Origin: an uncultured Thiotrichales bacterium
GTDB taxonomy: Bacteria; Pseudomonadota; Gammaproteobacteria; GCA-2400775
Direction: 5' to 3'
Assembly (NCBI GenBank): GCA_964447985.1
Contig: CAYUVE010000002.1
Location: 1-40,471, forward strand
Length of the DNA stretch: 40,471 nt
Shown: piece after piece, positions 1 through 9,049 of the stretch
Numbering within the stretch: position 1 is the stretch's first letter
How the letters are laid out: each line of letters opens with the position of its first letter
Made by a program: the position numbers and the translations under genes
The notes under the pieces: generated by a model
Databases searched by the model: none
Told to the model about the DNA's origin: nothing
What the model saw: the letters and a program-made list of their open reading frames with translations, nothing else

Positions 1-42
1 GACGGCGGTGTGATTGGTGCTGAAGATCTACCAGCAGCCTAA
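1..42 (+). CDS. 3' end of an unidentified gene entering the window (...DGGVIGAEDLPAA*)
   Basis: Frame 1 is open to TAA at 40-42 and is followed by a terminator-like hairpin at 121-156. Too short to identify. Confidence 0.45.
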   Translation, partial: DGGVIGAEDLPAA

Positions 43-120
43 GCTAAGCAAAAAATCTAAGGTTTAGCACGTGTCCTTGTTGGTAGAGCACGTGCCTAAA
101 CAATCTACAGTCATCTTTTT

Positions 121-156
121 ATACCTCGACCTTCCCTTAGTCGGGGTATTTTTTTA
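121..156 (+). terminator. Rho-independent terminator
   Basis: Stem ATACCTCGAC / GTCGGGGTAT (one G-U pair) followed by a T run. Confidence 0.7.
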
Positions 157-298
157 TCTGACATTCGTCATATTATTCAACTAAACTTGTCATCAATTGA
201 TCACAGCTCAGTAAAAGCCTTGCAACCTCGGCGCTCCACAATCCTCCTCACTGCTATTCGGCAGAATTAACTACTACGTTCAAGGAGGGATTTTTGAG

Positions 299-1612
299 AT
301 GAAGTGTAGACACGCATTACTAGGTATTATATTGGCCATGACTGCCACAACCGCTGCTCTAGCATCAGGATTTGCTGGAGGCCACGGTTCTTACGACAAA
401 CCTGACAACCAAGGCTTAATCGTTATCGCGCATCGTGGTGCCAGCGGTTTACGCCCTGAACATACCCTTGCGGCCTATCGCCTAGCTATCCGGCAAGGCG
501 CGGATTTTATTGAACCAGATTTAGTCGTCACCAAAGACGGCGTACTTATCGCTCGCCACGAACCGGAAATCGGCGGCACCACCGACGTTTCTGATCGACC
601 AGAGTTTGCAGACCGTAAAACTACAAAACTCTTAGACGGTGTCCCAACCGAAGGCTGGTGGGCAGAAGATTTCACCTTAGCTGAAATCAAAACCCTGCGT
701 GCACGCGAGCGTATCCCTGAGACACGCCCACGTAACACACGTTTTAATGATCGCTTTGAAATCCCTACCCTGGCTGAGATCATCCAGCTAATCAAACGAG
801 AAGAACGTCGTGGTCGCAAAGTGGGTATCTATCCAGAAACCAAACACCCAACCTACTTTGCGGAAGATGGCGAATTCTTAGGCGGCACGCCAATCAATAT
901 GTCACTCGGTAAATTATTGATCGATACTCTTGTTGAGAATGACTTCACTGATCCTGATCGAATCTTCATCCAGTCATTTGAGTTTGCCAACTTAATCGAA
1001 TTACAAAACGACATCATGCCGCAAGCCGGTGTTGACCTACCCTTGGTTCAACTTTATGGCGATATCGAAGATCGTTTTATTCAGCCCGCTAGCAACTTCT
1101 CTCGCCCTTACGACATGATTTTTAACGCGGCTAATGGTGCTGACCTAGAAGCAATATATGGTGGCTTAGTTGATTTTGTAGAAGGTGGTATCACGCCTGA
1201 AACAGGCTATAGCGCACTGATTTCAGAAGAAGCCATTAACTATATCGCCAACAACTATGCCGAAGGCATGGGCCCGTGGAAAAACTCATTCTTACTACGT
1301 GAACCACTTGACCCACCAGCGGACCCAAATGGTAACGGGGAAGCTCAGTTAAGCACTAAATTAACGGGTGAAATAGGACCACTGCTACCAAGGGCTCTAC
1401 AAGCTGGTCTAATGGTTCACCCATATACTTTGCGCGCTGAAGAAAACTTTCTAACACAACAAGCGAACGGAGTGGATCAAAACGTAATCGGCGAAGCCAT
1501 CCAGCTTTACAGCTTAGGTGTGAATGGTTTTTTTATTGACCAGCCTTCAGACGGCGTCTTCGCTCGGTGGTTATTTCTGAGAACCAATCAGGTTAGAAAT
1601 AAACTTAAGTAA
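299..1612 (+). CDS. glpQ: Secreted/periplasmic glycerophosphodiester phosphodiesterase (GDPD, GlpQ-like)
   Basis: Signal peptide (…TTAALA); GDPD motifs IAHRGASG, PEHT, FIEPD, LIARH, PETKHP, IQSFE and HPYTLR; SD GGAGG upstream of the ATG. Confidence 0.88.
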   Translation: MKCRHALLGIILAMTATTAALASGFAGGHGSYDKPDNQGLIVIAHRGASGLRPEHTLAAYRLAIRQGADFIEPDLVVTKDGVLIARHEPEIGGTTDVSDRPEFADRKTTKLLDGVPTEGWWAEDFTLAEIKTLRARERIPETRPRNTRFNDRFEIPTLAEIIQLIKREERRGRKVGIYPETKHPTYFAEDGEFLGGTPINMSLGKLLIDTLVENDFTDPDRIFIQSFEFANLIELQNDIMPQAGVDLPLVQLYGDIEDRFIQPASNFSRPYDMIFNAANGADLEAIYGGLVDFVEGGITPETGYSALISEEAINYIANNYAEGMGPWKNSFLLREPLDPPADPNGNGEAQLSTKLTGEIGPLLPRALQAGLMVHPYTLRAEENFLTQQANGVDQNVIGEAIQLYSLGVNGFFIDQPSDGVFARWLFLRTNQVRNKLK

Positions 1613-1642
1613 CACGCTTACTCTCAGAGCAAATAATAGTAC

Positions 1643-1675
1643 AGCCGCTAGGTTTAGCTATCTAGCGGCTTTTCT
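1643..1675 (+). terminator. Rho-independent terminator of the GDPD gene
   Basis: Perfect 9-bp stem AGCCGCTAG / CTAGCGGCT followed by TTTCT, 30 nt after the stop codon. Confidence 0.7.
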
Positions 1676-1756
1676 CGTCAATTTTTCTGAATATCAATCG
1701 AGTCTTAACCTACTGACTGATTGACTTTAAAATTGTTAGGTATCTGCAACAAATAC

Positions 1757-1981
1757 CTAATTATTTTCTTCATCAGCTCCTTTTATATTATCGTATGAGA
1801 ACGCAGCCCCGATAACAAACGGAACCATAGATAATATATGAAGTACGTTTCTCGTAGTAGATGACAATTCCCAATCATAATGCGATGAGAGCATCTTATA
1901 TAAATAAATCAGCACTAAACTAATTATGGCACCCAAAAATAACTGCAAAAAACCCACTACTCTTGTACTTGCGCTTACCAT
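1757..1981 (-). CDS. Small hypothetical membrane protein (2 predicted TM helices)
   Basis: 74-aa ORF with two hydrophobic stretches, co-oriented 35 bp downstream of the rhodanese gene. Confidence 0.6.
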   Translation of the reverse strand: MVSASTRVVGFLQLFLGAIISLVLIYLYKMLSSHYDWELSSTTRNVLHILSMVPFVIGAAFSYDNIKGADEENN

Positions 1982-2016
1982 AATATTATCTAAAACTGAC
2001 TAACAAATTTTAGTTT

Positions 2017-2334
2017 TTAGTACTGTTCCATGGCTGGATCGATCTCTCTTGCCCAAGCGTCGATACCACCAGCCAGGTTGGAAATATTAGAAAAACCCGT
2101 TTGGATTAGATATTGCGCGACTTGTGCGCTACGCATGCCGTGATGACAAACGACGACGATATCTTCTTCTGCGTCGAGCTGGTCTACGTGATCTTCAATT
2201 TGGTCCATGGGGATGTGCAGTGAGCCATCAATACTACATTTCTCGTATTCCCAGTCTTCGCGGACGTCGATGACTTTAGGTGGATTGCTCTGCTCTAGCA
2301 GGTCTTTGAGTTCTTGTGGAGTTATATCATCCAT
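2017..2334 (-). CDS. Single-domain rhodanese-like sulfurtransferase
   Basis: VIDVREDWEY, active-site loop CHHGMRS, C-terminal LAGGIDAW...IDP. ATG at 2334; GTG at 2337 is an alternative start. Confidence 0.9.
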   Translation of the reverse strand: MDDITPQELKDLLEQSNPPKVIDVREDWEYEKCSIDGSLHIPMDQIEDHVDQLDAEEDIVVVCHHGMRSAQVAQYLIQTGFSNISNLAGGIDAWAREIDPAMEQY

Positions 2335-2414
2335 CACTATGGCACCAGGCTAAGTAAAAAGAATGATTATAAATGATCGTTGTTTTTGGTGGAATGGTCA
2401 GCTATAAGAACTAG

Positions 2415-3017
2415 TTAAAATACTGATTGGAAAACGTTTTGCCAAGCATTGTACATCTCTTCGGATTCTTCTAATTGCACCTTGCTTAGCTTACTCGCCA
2501 CTCGATTACGTGGGGCGATAGATTCCCTAGCTCCCTGGCTGGCAGCCAAGCTGTACCAGAGATGGGATTTTACGAGATCCTGCTCCAAATACTCGCCCTT
2601 CTCATAATACTGCGCCAATTTATCTTGCGCCTCTGCATAACCTTGTTCAGCAGATTTTCTCACCCAGGAAATGGCTAATTTTTGATCACTTTCTATGCCT
2701 TCACCACTTTCGTACATGAGACCAAGATTAAACTGTGCACGTGGTTGCCCCTGTTCAGCAGCTCGCCTATACCACTTTGCGGCCTGATCATAATCTTGTT
2801 TTATTCCTAAGCCATTGTCATACATGAGTCCTAATAATAGTTGGGCTTTTTTATCGCCGGATTCGGCTACAGGGAGAAATTCATTATATGCCGTGGCATG
2901 GTCACCGCTGTTATACGCGGCGATACCCTCGTCAATCCCCGCAATAATCTGGGAAGAATATAATACTAGTAAGACTAAACAAATTAAGTATGAGCTTAGT
3001 TTTTTAGTTTCTCGCAT
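2415..3017 (-). CDS. Secreted Sel1-like repeat protein
   Basis: Signal peptide, then Sel1 repeats (AQLLLGLMYDNGLG..QDYDQAAKWYRRAAEQG; AQFNLGLMYESGEG; AQDKLAQYYEKGE). ATG at 3017; the ORF track start at 3023 is TTG. Confidence 0.88.
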   Translation of the reverse strand: MRETKKLSSYLICLVLLVLYSSQIIAGIDEGIAAYNSGDHATAYNEFLPVAESGDKKAQLLLGLMYDNGLGIKQDYDQAAKWYRRAAEQGQPRAQFNLGLMYESGEGIESDQKLAISWVRKSAEQGYAEAQDKLAQYYEKGEYLEQDLVKSHLWYSLAASQGARESIAPRNRVASKLSKVQLEESEEMYNAWQNVFQSVF

Positions 3018-3029
3018 AGCCAACCAATA

Positions 3030-4151
3030 TTAACTTAGCGGTGCATCACTATCGTAGTGGAAGGTTATCGATACGCGACGGTTTCTTGCTCTTCCATCAA
3101 GCGTCGTATTATCAACTTTGGGCTTGGTATCAGCATAACCAATCGCTCGTAAACGTGTAGCCTCAACACCCTGCTCTATGAGATAGCGCGCTACAGTCGT
3201 TGCACGCGTAGAAGAAAGCTCCCAGTTTGATGGGAACTGTGTCGTTGCTATAGGTGAATCGTCGGTATGCCCTTCTATCGAAGCGAAGTAGTCATTACCA
3301 ATCATGATGGCTGCGATTTCATTCAAAAAAGGCCGGCCTTCGTCTAATAAGTTTGCTTTACCCAAGGGGAATAAGACCTTGTTATTAAGTTCTATGTTTA
3401 TAGACTGATAACCGCTGGATAGTTCCACCTCCCCAGAAGTTAATCCAGCGCTGAGTTTTGCTAATTGCTCATCTACGGTTAATGCAACCGTATGCGCTTT
3501 GGCAATTAAGTTCGGTGCTTGATCTAAAGGTATTTGAGAGGCAGGAACTTCTTCTGCCTCAGCTAGCGTTTCATACATGCGCTCTTCTGGCGCTACCCTC
3601 TGTCTCTCTTGATAATCAACTTGGGTATCACTTGCTGGCTGTGATAGGTCATCTTCGCTAGCTGCTAAGTCTAGTCGCTCTTGCTCAATGTCTGTAGAGT
3701 CCAGTTGTAAACCCTCTTGAACACCCTCAGTCAGTGTTTCTTGATGAACGACCTCGAATTCATCATCATTAGTTGAAGAGTTACTTACGATGCTGGTTCC
3801 ATCAATGCTCGCTACCGCCATAAAATGTGCGACGGGCTCAATGGGCTCTACAGCGGCAAGCATAAATTGATTTTCTGATGATGATTCGATATCTGAATAC
3901 GCGGGCTTAGCTTCAAAATCTGCTGCTATACCAGATAATGTATCTTCACTTGATTCGGCCCCTTCTTCACTAGCACCCAAACCTTCTATACGTGAAAAGG
4001 CAAACAATAAAACGAAGAAGGTTAATAGTAATAATAGAATATCGGCATAGCTGACAAACCATCCGTCTGAGTCACTTGCCGTTCGGTTTGCGGTATCAAA
4101 ACCGCTTTCCATTGAATTGGATATTGCCACTGTTTGTATAATTTTTGACAT
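3030..4151 (-). CDS. motB: MotB/PomB-family stator subunit with long acidic linker and OmpA-like peptidoglycan-binding domain
   Basis: GWFVSYADILLLLLTFFVLL (MotB TM motif with the conserved Asp); C-terminal IEGHTD..., SNWELSSTRA, GYADTKP, NRRV. The ATG at 4151, just after the motA stop, is preferred to the track start at 4223. Confidence 0.85.
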   Translation of the reverse strand: MSKIIQTVAISNSMESGFDTANRTASDSDGWFVSYADILLLLLTFFVLLFAFSRIEGLGASEEGAESSEDTLSGIAADFEAKPAYSDIESSSENQFMLAAVEPIEPVAHFMAVASIDGTSIVSNSSTNDDEFEVVHQETLTEGVQEGLQLDSTDIEQERLDLAASEDDLSQPASDTQVDYQERQRVAPEERMYETLAEAEEVPASQIPLDQAPNLIAKAHTVALTVDEQLAKLSAGLTSGEVELSSGYQSINIELNNKVLFPLGKANLLDEGRPFLNEIAAIMIGNDYFASIEGHTDDSPIATTQFPSNWELSSTRATTVARYLIEQGVEATRLRAIGYADTKPKVDNTTLDGRARNRRVSITFHYDSDAPLS

Positions 4152-4158
4152 AGAAATT

Positions 4159-4956
4159 CTAATTCGCTGCGACAGCCAATGGCATATCCGCTTCAAACTG
4201 TTCGCTTTGCATAATAAAAGCATCCATTGACTCTTTGATTAACATCGGATGACGTTTAGCGATCATGCCATTGATACCTTCCACCCACATATTCAACACG
4301 AGTGTTTTTTGCTGTAGAGCTTGCTCCATCTTTATCGCTAACGGGCGACAAATAAGGTTAGAAATAACAATTCCATATAATGTTGTTGTCATAGCAAATG
4401 CCATCGATCGGCCTATGGCGTTGATATCTGCGCTATCTAAACCATAAAGCATATGCACTAAGGCGACCAAGGTTCCTAACATACCTAAAGCTGGTGCAAA
4501 ACTGGCCATCGTTTTAACAACTTGTATTTTAGCTTGCTCCGCCGACGCAATCGCGTTAATACGCCATTGCAGTATTTTATTCGTCTCAGCTGGCTCAATA
4601 CGATCGACCACCAAACCTACCGCACTTTGCGCAAAACCATCACCGATATGCGCAGCAAGATCTTCAGTTAAGCGAATTCGGCCTCGGCGATAACTTTCTG
4701 CCGCGCCAAGAAAACGATCGACTTGCGCGCTGAGATCGGTACGACGCTTTTTGAATAGCATCGGCAAACGGCGTAACACACTAATCACATGCCGACGTCG
4801 ACGACTCACACATGTCGCGAAGATAGTGCCACCAATAACGAGAAATAAGCCCGGTATATTAAGGAATAGACTAACTTCCTCTGGCAATAACCAAAGTAGC
4901 GCAAAAGCTAAACAACATGCGCCAATGACGCCTAGATAGGTGGAAAATCGCTTCAT
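4159..4956 (-). CDS. motA: MotA/PomA-family stator subunit
   Basis: LNIPGLFLVIGGT, FAPALGMLGTLVALV, MAFAMTTTLYG and P-L-A-x-K motifs; directly upstream of the MotB-like gene. Confidence 0.85.
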   Translation of the reverse strand: MKRFSTYLGVIGACCLAFALLWLLPEEVSLFLNIPGLFLVIGGTIFATCVSRRRRHVISVLRRLPMLFKKRRTDLSAQVDRFLGAAESYRRGRIRLTEDLAAHIGDGFAQSAVGLVVDRIEPAETNKILQWRINAIASAEQAKIQVVKTMASFAPALGMLGTLVALVHMLYGLDSADINAIGRSMAFAMTTTLYGIVISNLICRPLAIKMEQALQQKTLVLNMWVEGINGMIAKRHPMLIKESMDAFIMQSEQFEADMPLAVAAN

Positions 4957-4998
4957 ACTGATGCCCTTTATATTTATAGCGTTAATACTGCTTGCTAG

Positions 4999-5014
4999 AG
5001 CAATTAGTATTCCG
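4999..5014 (-). promoter_or_regulatory. Putative sigma-54 (-24/-12) promoter of the stator genes
   Basis: Minus strand CGGAATACTAATTGCT has GG-N10-GC spacing with TTGCT. An IHF-like site (5043-5055) and GGCAA/TTGCC repeats (5096-5130) lie upstream. Confidence 0.45.
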
Positions 5015-5092
5015 TTAAGCGGGCCATATCTATGATGCGTTGTAAGTGCTTGTTTACTAAGTAAACTGAGTAAAAATTAAAAGGGGAAAACT

Positions 5093-5130
5093 AAAAATGC
5101 GGCAACAGCTTGCCCAGCCATTGCCGCATT
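5093..5130 (-). terminator. Inverted repeat downstream of pnp (terminator and/or enhancer-binding site)
   Basis: 10-bp stem AATGCGGCAA / TTGCCGCATT, ending in a T run on the minus strand, about 25 nt past the pnp stop. Confidence 0.55.
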
Positions 5131-5154
5131 CTTATGGAAACCAGCTTTTGTAGA

Positions 5155-7248
5155 CTAAGCTTCTTCTTCAGCTATCGCCTTCATACTTAAGCGAATTCGA
5201 CCCTGCTTATCAATCTCTAAGACTTTGACTTTTACCGTCTCACCTTCTGAGAGCTTATCGCTGACATTTTCAACGCGTTCTTGAGAGATCTGAGATATAT
5301 GCACTAAGCCGTCTTTACCAGGTAATACGGTAACAAAAGCACCGAAGTCCATGATCTTCGCTACGCGGCCTTCATAAATATTACCCACTTCAACATCAGC
5401 AGTAATCTCTTCAATACGACGACGTGCTTCAGCAGCTGCTTCACCATCTGGTGAGGCAATACGCACAACACCATCATCATCAATATCAACCGTCGCACCA
5501 GTCTCTTCGGTAATAGAGCGGATCGTTACACCACCTTTACCAATCACATCACGAATCTTGTCAGGATGAACATTCATAGTCAGGATACGGGGGGCATACA
5601 TTGATAATTCTTCACGCGAGGTATCAATCACTTTCGCCATCTCACCTAATATATGCAAACGACCTTCGCGGGCTTGAGCTAAGGCTGTTTCCATAATTTC
5701 GCGGGTGATACCCTGGATTTTGATATCCATTTGTAAGGCAGTCACACCATTCTCAGTACCCGCCACTTTAAAGTCCATATCACCTAAGTGATCTTCATCA
5801 CCAAGAATATCGGATAGCACGGAAAAACGATCGTCTTCTTTGATCAAACCCATGGCAATACCTGCCACGGGTGCTTTTAAAGGCACACCGGCATCCATCA
5901 TCGATAAACTCGCACCGCAAACAGAAGCCATTGAGCTCGAACCATTAGATTCGGTAATCTCAGATACCACGCGGACGACATAAGGGTATTCTTCCATATC
6001 CGGCATCACTGCAGCGACACCGCGCTTGGCTAAGCGGCCATGACCAATCTCGCGACGCTTTGGCGAACCAACCATACCGGTCTCACCGACACAATAAGGA
6101 GGAAAGTTGTAATGAAACATAAAAGGTTCTTTACGCTCACCTTCTATGGCATCAATAACCTGAGCATCACGGCCCGTACCTAGAGTTGTCACACACAATG
6201 ACTGCGTCTCACCACGTGTAAATAAAGCTGAGCCATGAGCACGATTCAATACACCAACGCGCACTGTGATGGGTCTCACTGATTTGGTATCACGACCATC
6301 AATTCGTGGAGCACCGCTAAGAATTTTATCTCGAACTAAAGCCTTTTCGATTTTTGCAATCGCGCCTTTAGCGTCATCACCGGTCCAAGCATTACTTTCG
6401 TCGGCTTCAAACTGAGCGGCAACTTCGCTACGAATTTCGCCTAAGCGTTCCTGGCGTGCTGATTTTTCACTAATGGCATAGGCTTCTTCGATCTGCCCTG
6501 CACACACGCCAGCAACCGCTGCACGCACATCATCACCTGAAGGGGGTGCTTGCCAATCCCAAGCTTCATTACCCACCTCAGCAGCAAACTCTCTAATCGC
6601 TTTAACAACAGCTTGCTGTTGCTCATGACCAAATAGTACGGCACCTAACATCACTTCTTCTGACAACACATCGGCTTCAGATTCAACCATTAACACCGCG
6701 TCTTCAGTACCAGAAATCACAAGATCAAGTTGCGAGCCAGCAAGCTCTGAAACACTTGGGTTAAGCAGATAATTGCCATCTCTATAGCCAACACGCGCTG
6801 CACCAATTGGCCCCGCAAATGGCATACCTGAAACCGCCAAGGCGGCTGATGCACCAATAATGGCAGGAATATCTGGATCAATTTCTTTATCTAAGGAAAC
6901 AACTGTCGCAATAACCTGAACTTCGTTTGTAAACCCTTTTGGAAACAAAGGACGTAGTGGTCTATCAATCAGACGTGAGGTTAAGGTTTCTTTCTCTGTC
7001 GGGCGGCCTTCACGCTTAAAGAAACCACCAGGGATTTTACCAGCAGAATAGGTACGCTCTTGATAATTAACGGTTAACGGGAAAAAGTCTCTGCCTTCAT
7101 CTGCCTCTTTCTTACCGACAGCTGTCACCAATACTTGCGTATCATCCAGGCTGACTAAAATAGCAGCGCTACTTTGACGTGCGATTTCGCCTGTCTCAAG
7201 TATAAGTGTATGGTTACCGTATTGAATTTCTTTGCGTATTGGGTTCAC
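5155..7248 (-). CDS. pnp: Polyribonucleotide nucleotidyltransferase (PNPase)
   Basis: [55 protein letters not shown] and S1 domains; canonical position after rpsO; GTG start. Confidence 0.98.
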   Translation of the reverse strand: MNPIRKEIQYGNHTLILETGEIARQSSAAILVSLDDTQVLVTAVGKKEADEGRDFFPLTVNYQERTYSAGKIPGGFFKREGRPTEKETLTSRLIDRPLRPLFPKGFTNEVQVIATVVSLDKEIDPDIPAIIGASAALAVSGMPFAGPIGAARVGYRDGNYLLNPSVSELAGSQLDLVISGTEDAVLMVESEADVLSEEVMLGAVLFGHEQQQAVVKAIREFAAEVGNEAWDWQAPPSGDDVRAAVAGVCAGQIEEAYAISEKSARQERLGEIRSEVAAQFEADESNAWTGDDAKGAIAKIEKALVRDKILSGAPRIDGRDTKSVRPITVRVGVLNRAHGSALFTRGETQSLCVTTLGTGRDAQVIDAIEGERKEPFMFHYNFPPYCVGETGMVGSPKRREIGHGRLAKRGVAAVMPDMEEYPYVVRVVSEITESNGSSSMASVCGASLSMMDAGVPLKAPVAGIAMGLIKEDDRFSVLSDILGDEDHLGDMDFKVAGTENGVTALQMDIKIQGITREIMETALAQAREGRLHILGEMAKVIDTSREELSMYAPRILTMNVHPDKIRDVIGKGGVTIRSITEETGATVDIDDDGVVRIASPDGEAAAEARRRIEEITADVEVGNIYEGRVAKIMDFGAFVTVLPGKDGLVHISQISQERVENVSDKLSEGETVKVKVLEIDKQGRIRLSMKAIAEEEA

Positions 7249-7296
7249 TGTTATGTCTCGCGGGATATTTGCTTAAGACAGCCTGTTAAAGGCTGA

Positions 7297-7331
7297 AACG
7301 AAAAGACCACCATCTACTTAGATGGTGGTCT
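7297..7331 (-). terminator. Intrinsic terminator between rpsO and pnp
   Basis: Perfect 12-bp stem AGACCACCATCT-actt-AGATGGTGGTCT followed by TTTCGTTT on the minus strand. Confidence 0.75.
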
Positions 7332-7367
7332 GATATAGCCAAGGATGGTACAACTTGCACGGCTGCG

Positions 7368-7637
7368 CTATTTGCGCAGACCGAGACGTTTAATTAAATC
7401 GCGGTAACGCGACACGTCTTCTGTCTTGAGATAGTCGAGCAACTTACGGCGTTGGCTAACCATTTTTAACAAACCACGACGCGAATGATGATCATGCACA
7501 TGTGACTTAAAATGATCGGTCAATTGCTTAATACGTGTAGAGAGCAAAGCGACTTGAACTTCCGGCGATCCGGTATCATTCGCTTCACGTTGATATTCTT
7601 TAATTACTTCGGCTTTCTCAGCAGCACTCAATGACAT
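7368..7637 (-). CDS. rpsO: 30S ribosomal protein S15
   Basis: MSLSAAEK...[12 protein letters not shown]...[23 protein letters not shown]...LGLRK. The ATG at 7637 gives the usual 89 aa; the track ORF is over-extended. Confidence 0.98.
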   Translation of the reverse strand: MSLSAAEKAEVIKEYQREANDTGSPEVQVALLSTRIKQLTDHFKSHVHDHHSRRGLLKMVSQRRKLLDYLKTEDVSRYRDLIKRLGLRK

Positions 7638-7717
7638 GGTACCCAATAAACTCCAAATAAACGATAGACTCTTTTGCGGCGCCATTCTACCCGTCAAACG
7701 AGCGTAAAACAAGGATT

Positions 7718-8650
7718 TTAAACGGAAAAATGGAAAATTCGGCTTGGCGATAGCAGTCCAGAAGCATGCTTTTCTCCGAGACCAAAAAATCCAGATTTTG
7801 GGCTATAAAGCCGCATCAAACCTGGGTTTAGCTTACTATCCACAGAAATTCGCTGGCCGTTAGAAAGCCGTAAGGCTTGTTCATCATTGAGCTCTAGTGG
7901 TGGTAGATGCGCGAGACCACTATCCAAGCCTAAGAGCTGCTTATCTAACGACTCGTGCCCCCCTTGCTCAAGTATCTCATTGAGCTGTGCAAATGAGTAT
8001 GGCGTGATCTGCTGGTAATTCCCGACAGCATACCGTCTCAGCGAAATTAGGTGGGCACCACAACCTAGTTGCTTACCCATGTCCTCCGCCAAAGTACGTA
8101 TATACGTACCCTTTGAGCAATGCACATCAAATTCGACTTTGTTATCCCGAAAATCGAGAAGTTTTAGGTCGAAAATATGCACCTTACGCTGGCTACGCTC
8201 TACCTCAACTCCTTTTGCTGCGAGCTTATACAAAGGTTTACCTTGATGCTTAATCGCAGAATACATGGGAGGTATTTGCGTAATATCGCCAACAAAGGCG
8301 CTAATTACCTGACTGATTTTCGTAGAAGTAACATTCGAAACGTCGTATTCCTGGGTTACTTCACCCTCGGTATCACCTGTGGTCGTCTCGGCACCGAGTT
8401 GCATCGTCGCTCGATATCGTTTGTCACAATCTATGAGGTATTGCGAAACTTTGGTTGCCTGACCAAAACAAATCGGCAATAGACCCGTTGCCAAAGGGTC
8501 AAGGCTACCCGTATGCCCTGCCTTACGCGCATCAAACATCCGTTTTGCCTTTTGCAAAGCGGAATTAGAGCTGAGCCACAAGGGTTTATCTAGGAGTAAA
8601 ATACCGTGTACATCACGACCGGAATTTCTACGCTTGCCTGATCTGGCCAT
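7718..8650 (-). CDS. truB: tRNA pseudouridine(55) synthase
   Basis: [40 protein letters not shown]; synteny rbfA-truB-rpsO. Confidence 0.97.
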   Translation of the reverse strand: MARSGKRRNSGRDVHGILLLDKPLWLSSNSALQKAKRMFDARKAGHTGSLDPLATGLLPICFGQATKVSQYLIDCDKRYRATMQLGAETTTGDTEGEVTQEYDVSNVTSTKISQVISAFVGDITQIPPMYSAIKHQGKPLYKLAAKGVEVERSQRKVHIFDLKLLDFRDNKVEFDVHCSKGTYIRTLAEDMGKQLGCGAHLISLRRYAVGNYQQITPYSFAQLNEILEQGGHESLDKQLLGLDSGLAHLPPLELNDEQALRLSNGQRISVDSKLNPGLMRLYSPKSGFFGLGEKHASGLLSPSRIFHFSV

Positions 8651-8659
8651 AGAATCGTT

Positions 8660-9049
8660 CTAATCGTTATCGTCTTTGTGTTCAGCTGCAGCCTGCGCTT
8701 TATCCTTTGCAACCGTGCTCTCAATTAAACTTGTCATCCTTGAACCGCGTTCCACCGATTCATCATAGAGAAATTGTAGTTGCGGAATGGAACGCAACAT
8801 TAAGCGCGATTTGAGCTCGAAACGGAAATAATTACTGGCTTTATTGATCGCAACTACGGCATCAGCACTACCAGACTCCCCATCAGGGCTGGTCAGATAA
8901 ATCTTAGCTTTAGATAGATCACGCGACACACGCGTAGCGGTAATAGTAAACGACTGAAAGCGAGGATCACGGCTTTCATATCGAATCAATTGTGCTAGCT
9001 CTCTTTTTAACTGCTCAGCGACTCTGTCGCTACGATTAAATTCTGGCAT
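8660..9049 (-). CDS. rbfA: Ribosome-binding factor A
   Basis: RSDRVAEQLKRELA..DPR, VSRDLSKAKIY, LRSIPQLQFLYDES; start overlaps the infB stop. Confidence 0.96.
   Translation of the reverse strand: MPEFNRSDRVAEQLKRELAQLIRYESRDPRFQSFTITATRVSRDLSKAKIYLTSPDGESGSADAVVAINKASNYFRFELKSRLMLRSIPQLQFLYDESVERGSRMTSLIESTVAKDKAQAAAEHKDDND

Noticed and set aside
3030-4956. Zorya ZorAB defence motor
   Set aside because: The MotA-like protein lacks the long ZorA cytoplasmic tail, no zorC/D/E genes are adjacent, and the motifs are flagellar-stator-like.
7638-7712. N-terminally extended S15 (114 aa in the ORF track)
   Set aside because: The ATG at 7637 gives the canonical 89-aa S15; the upstream part is most likely leader RNA.
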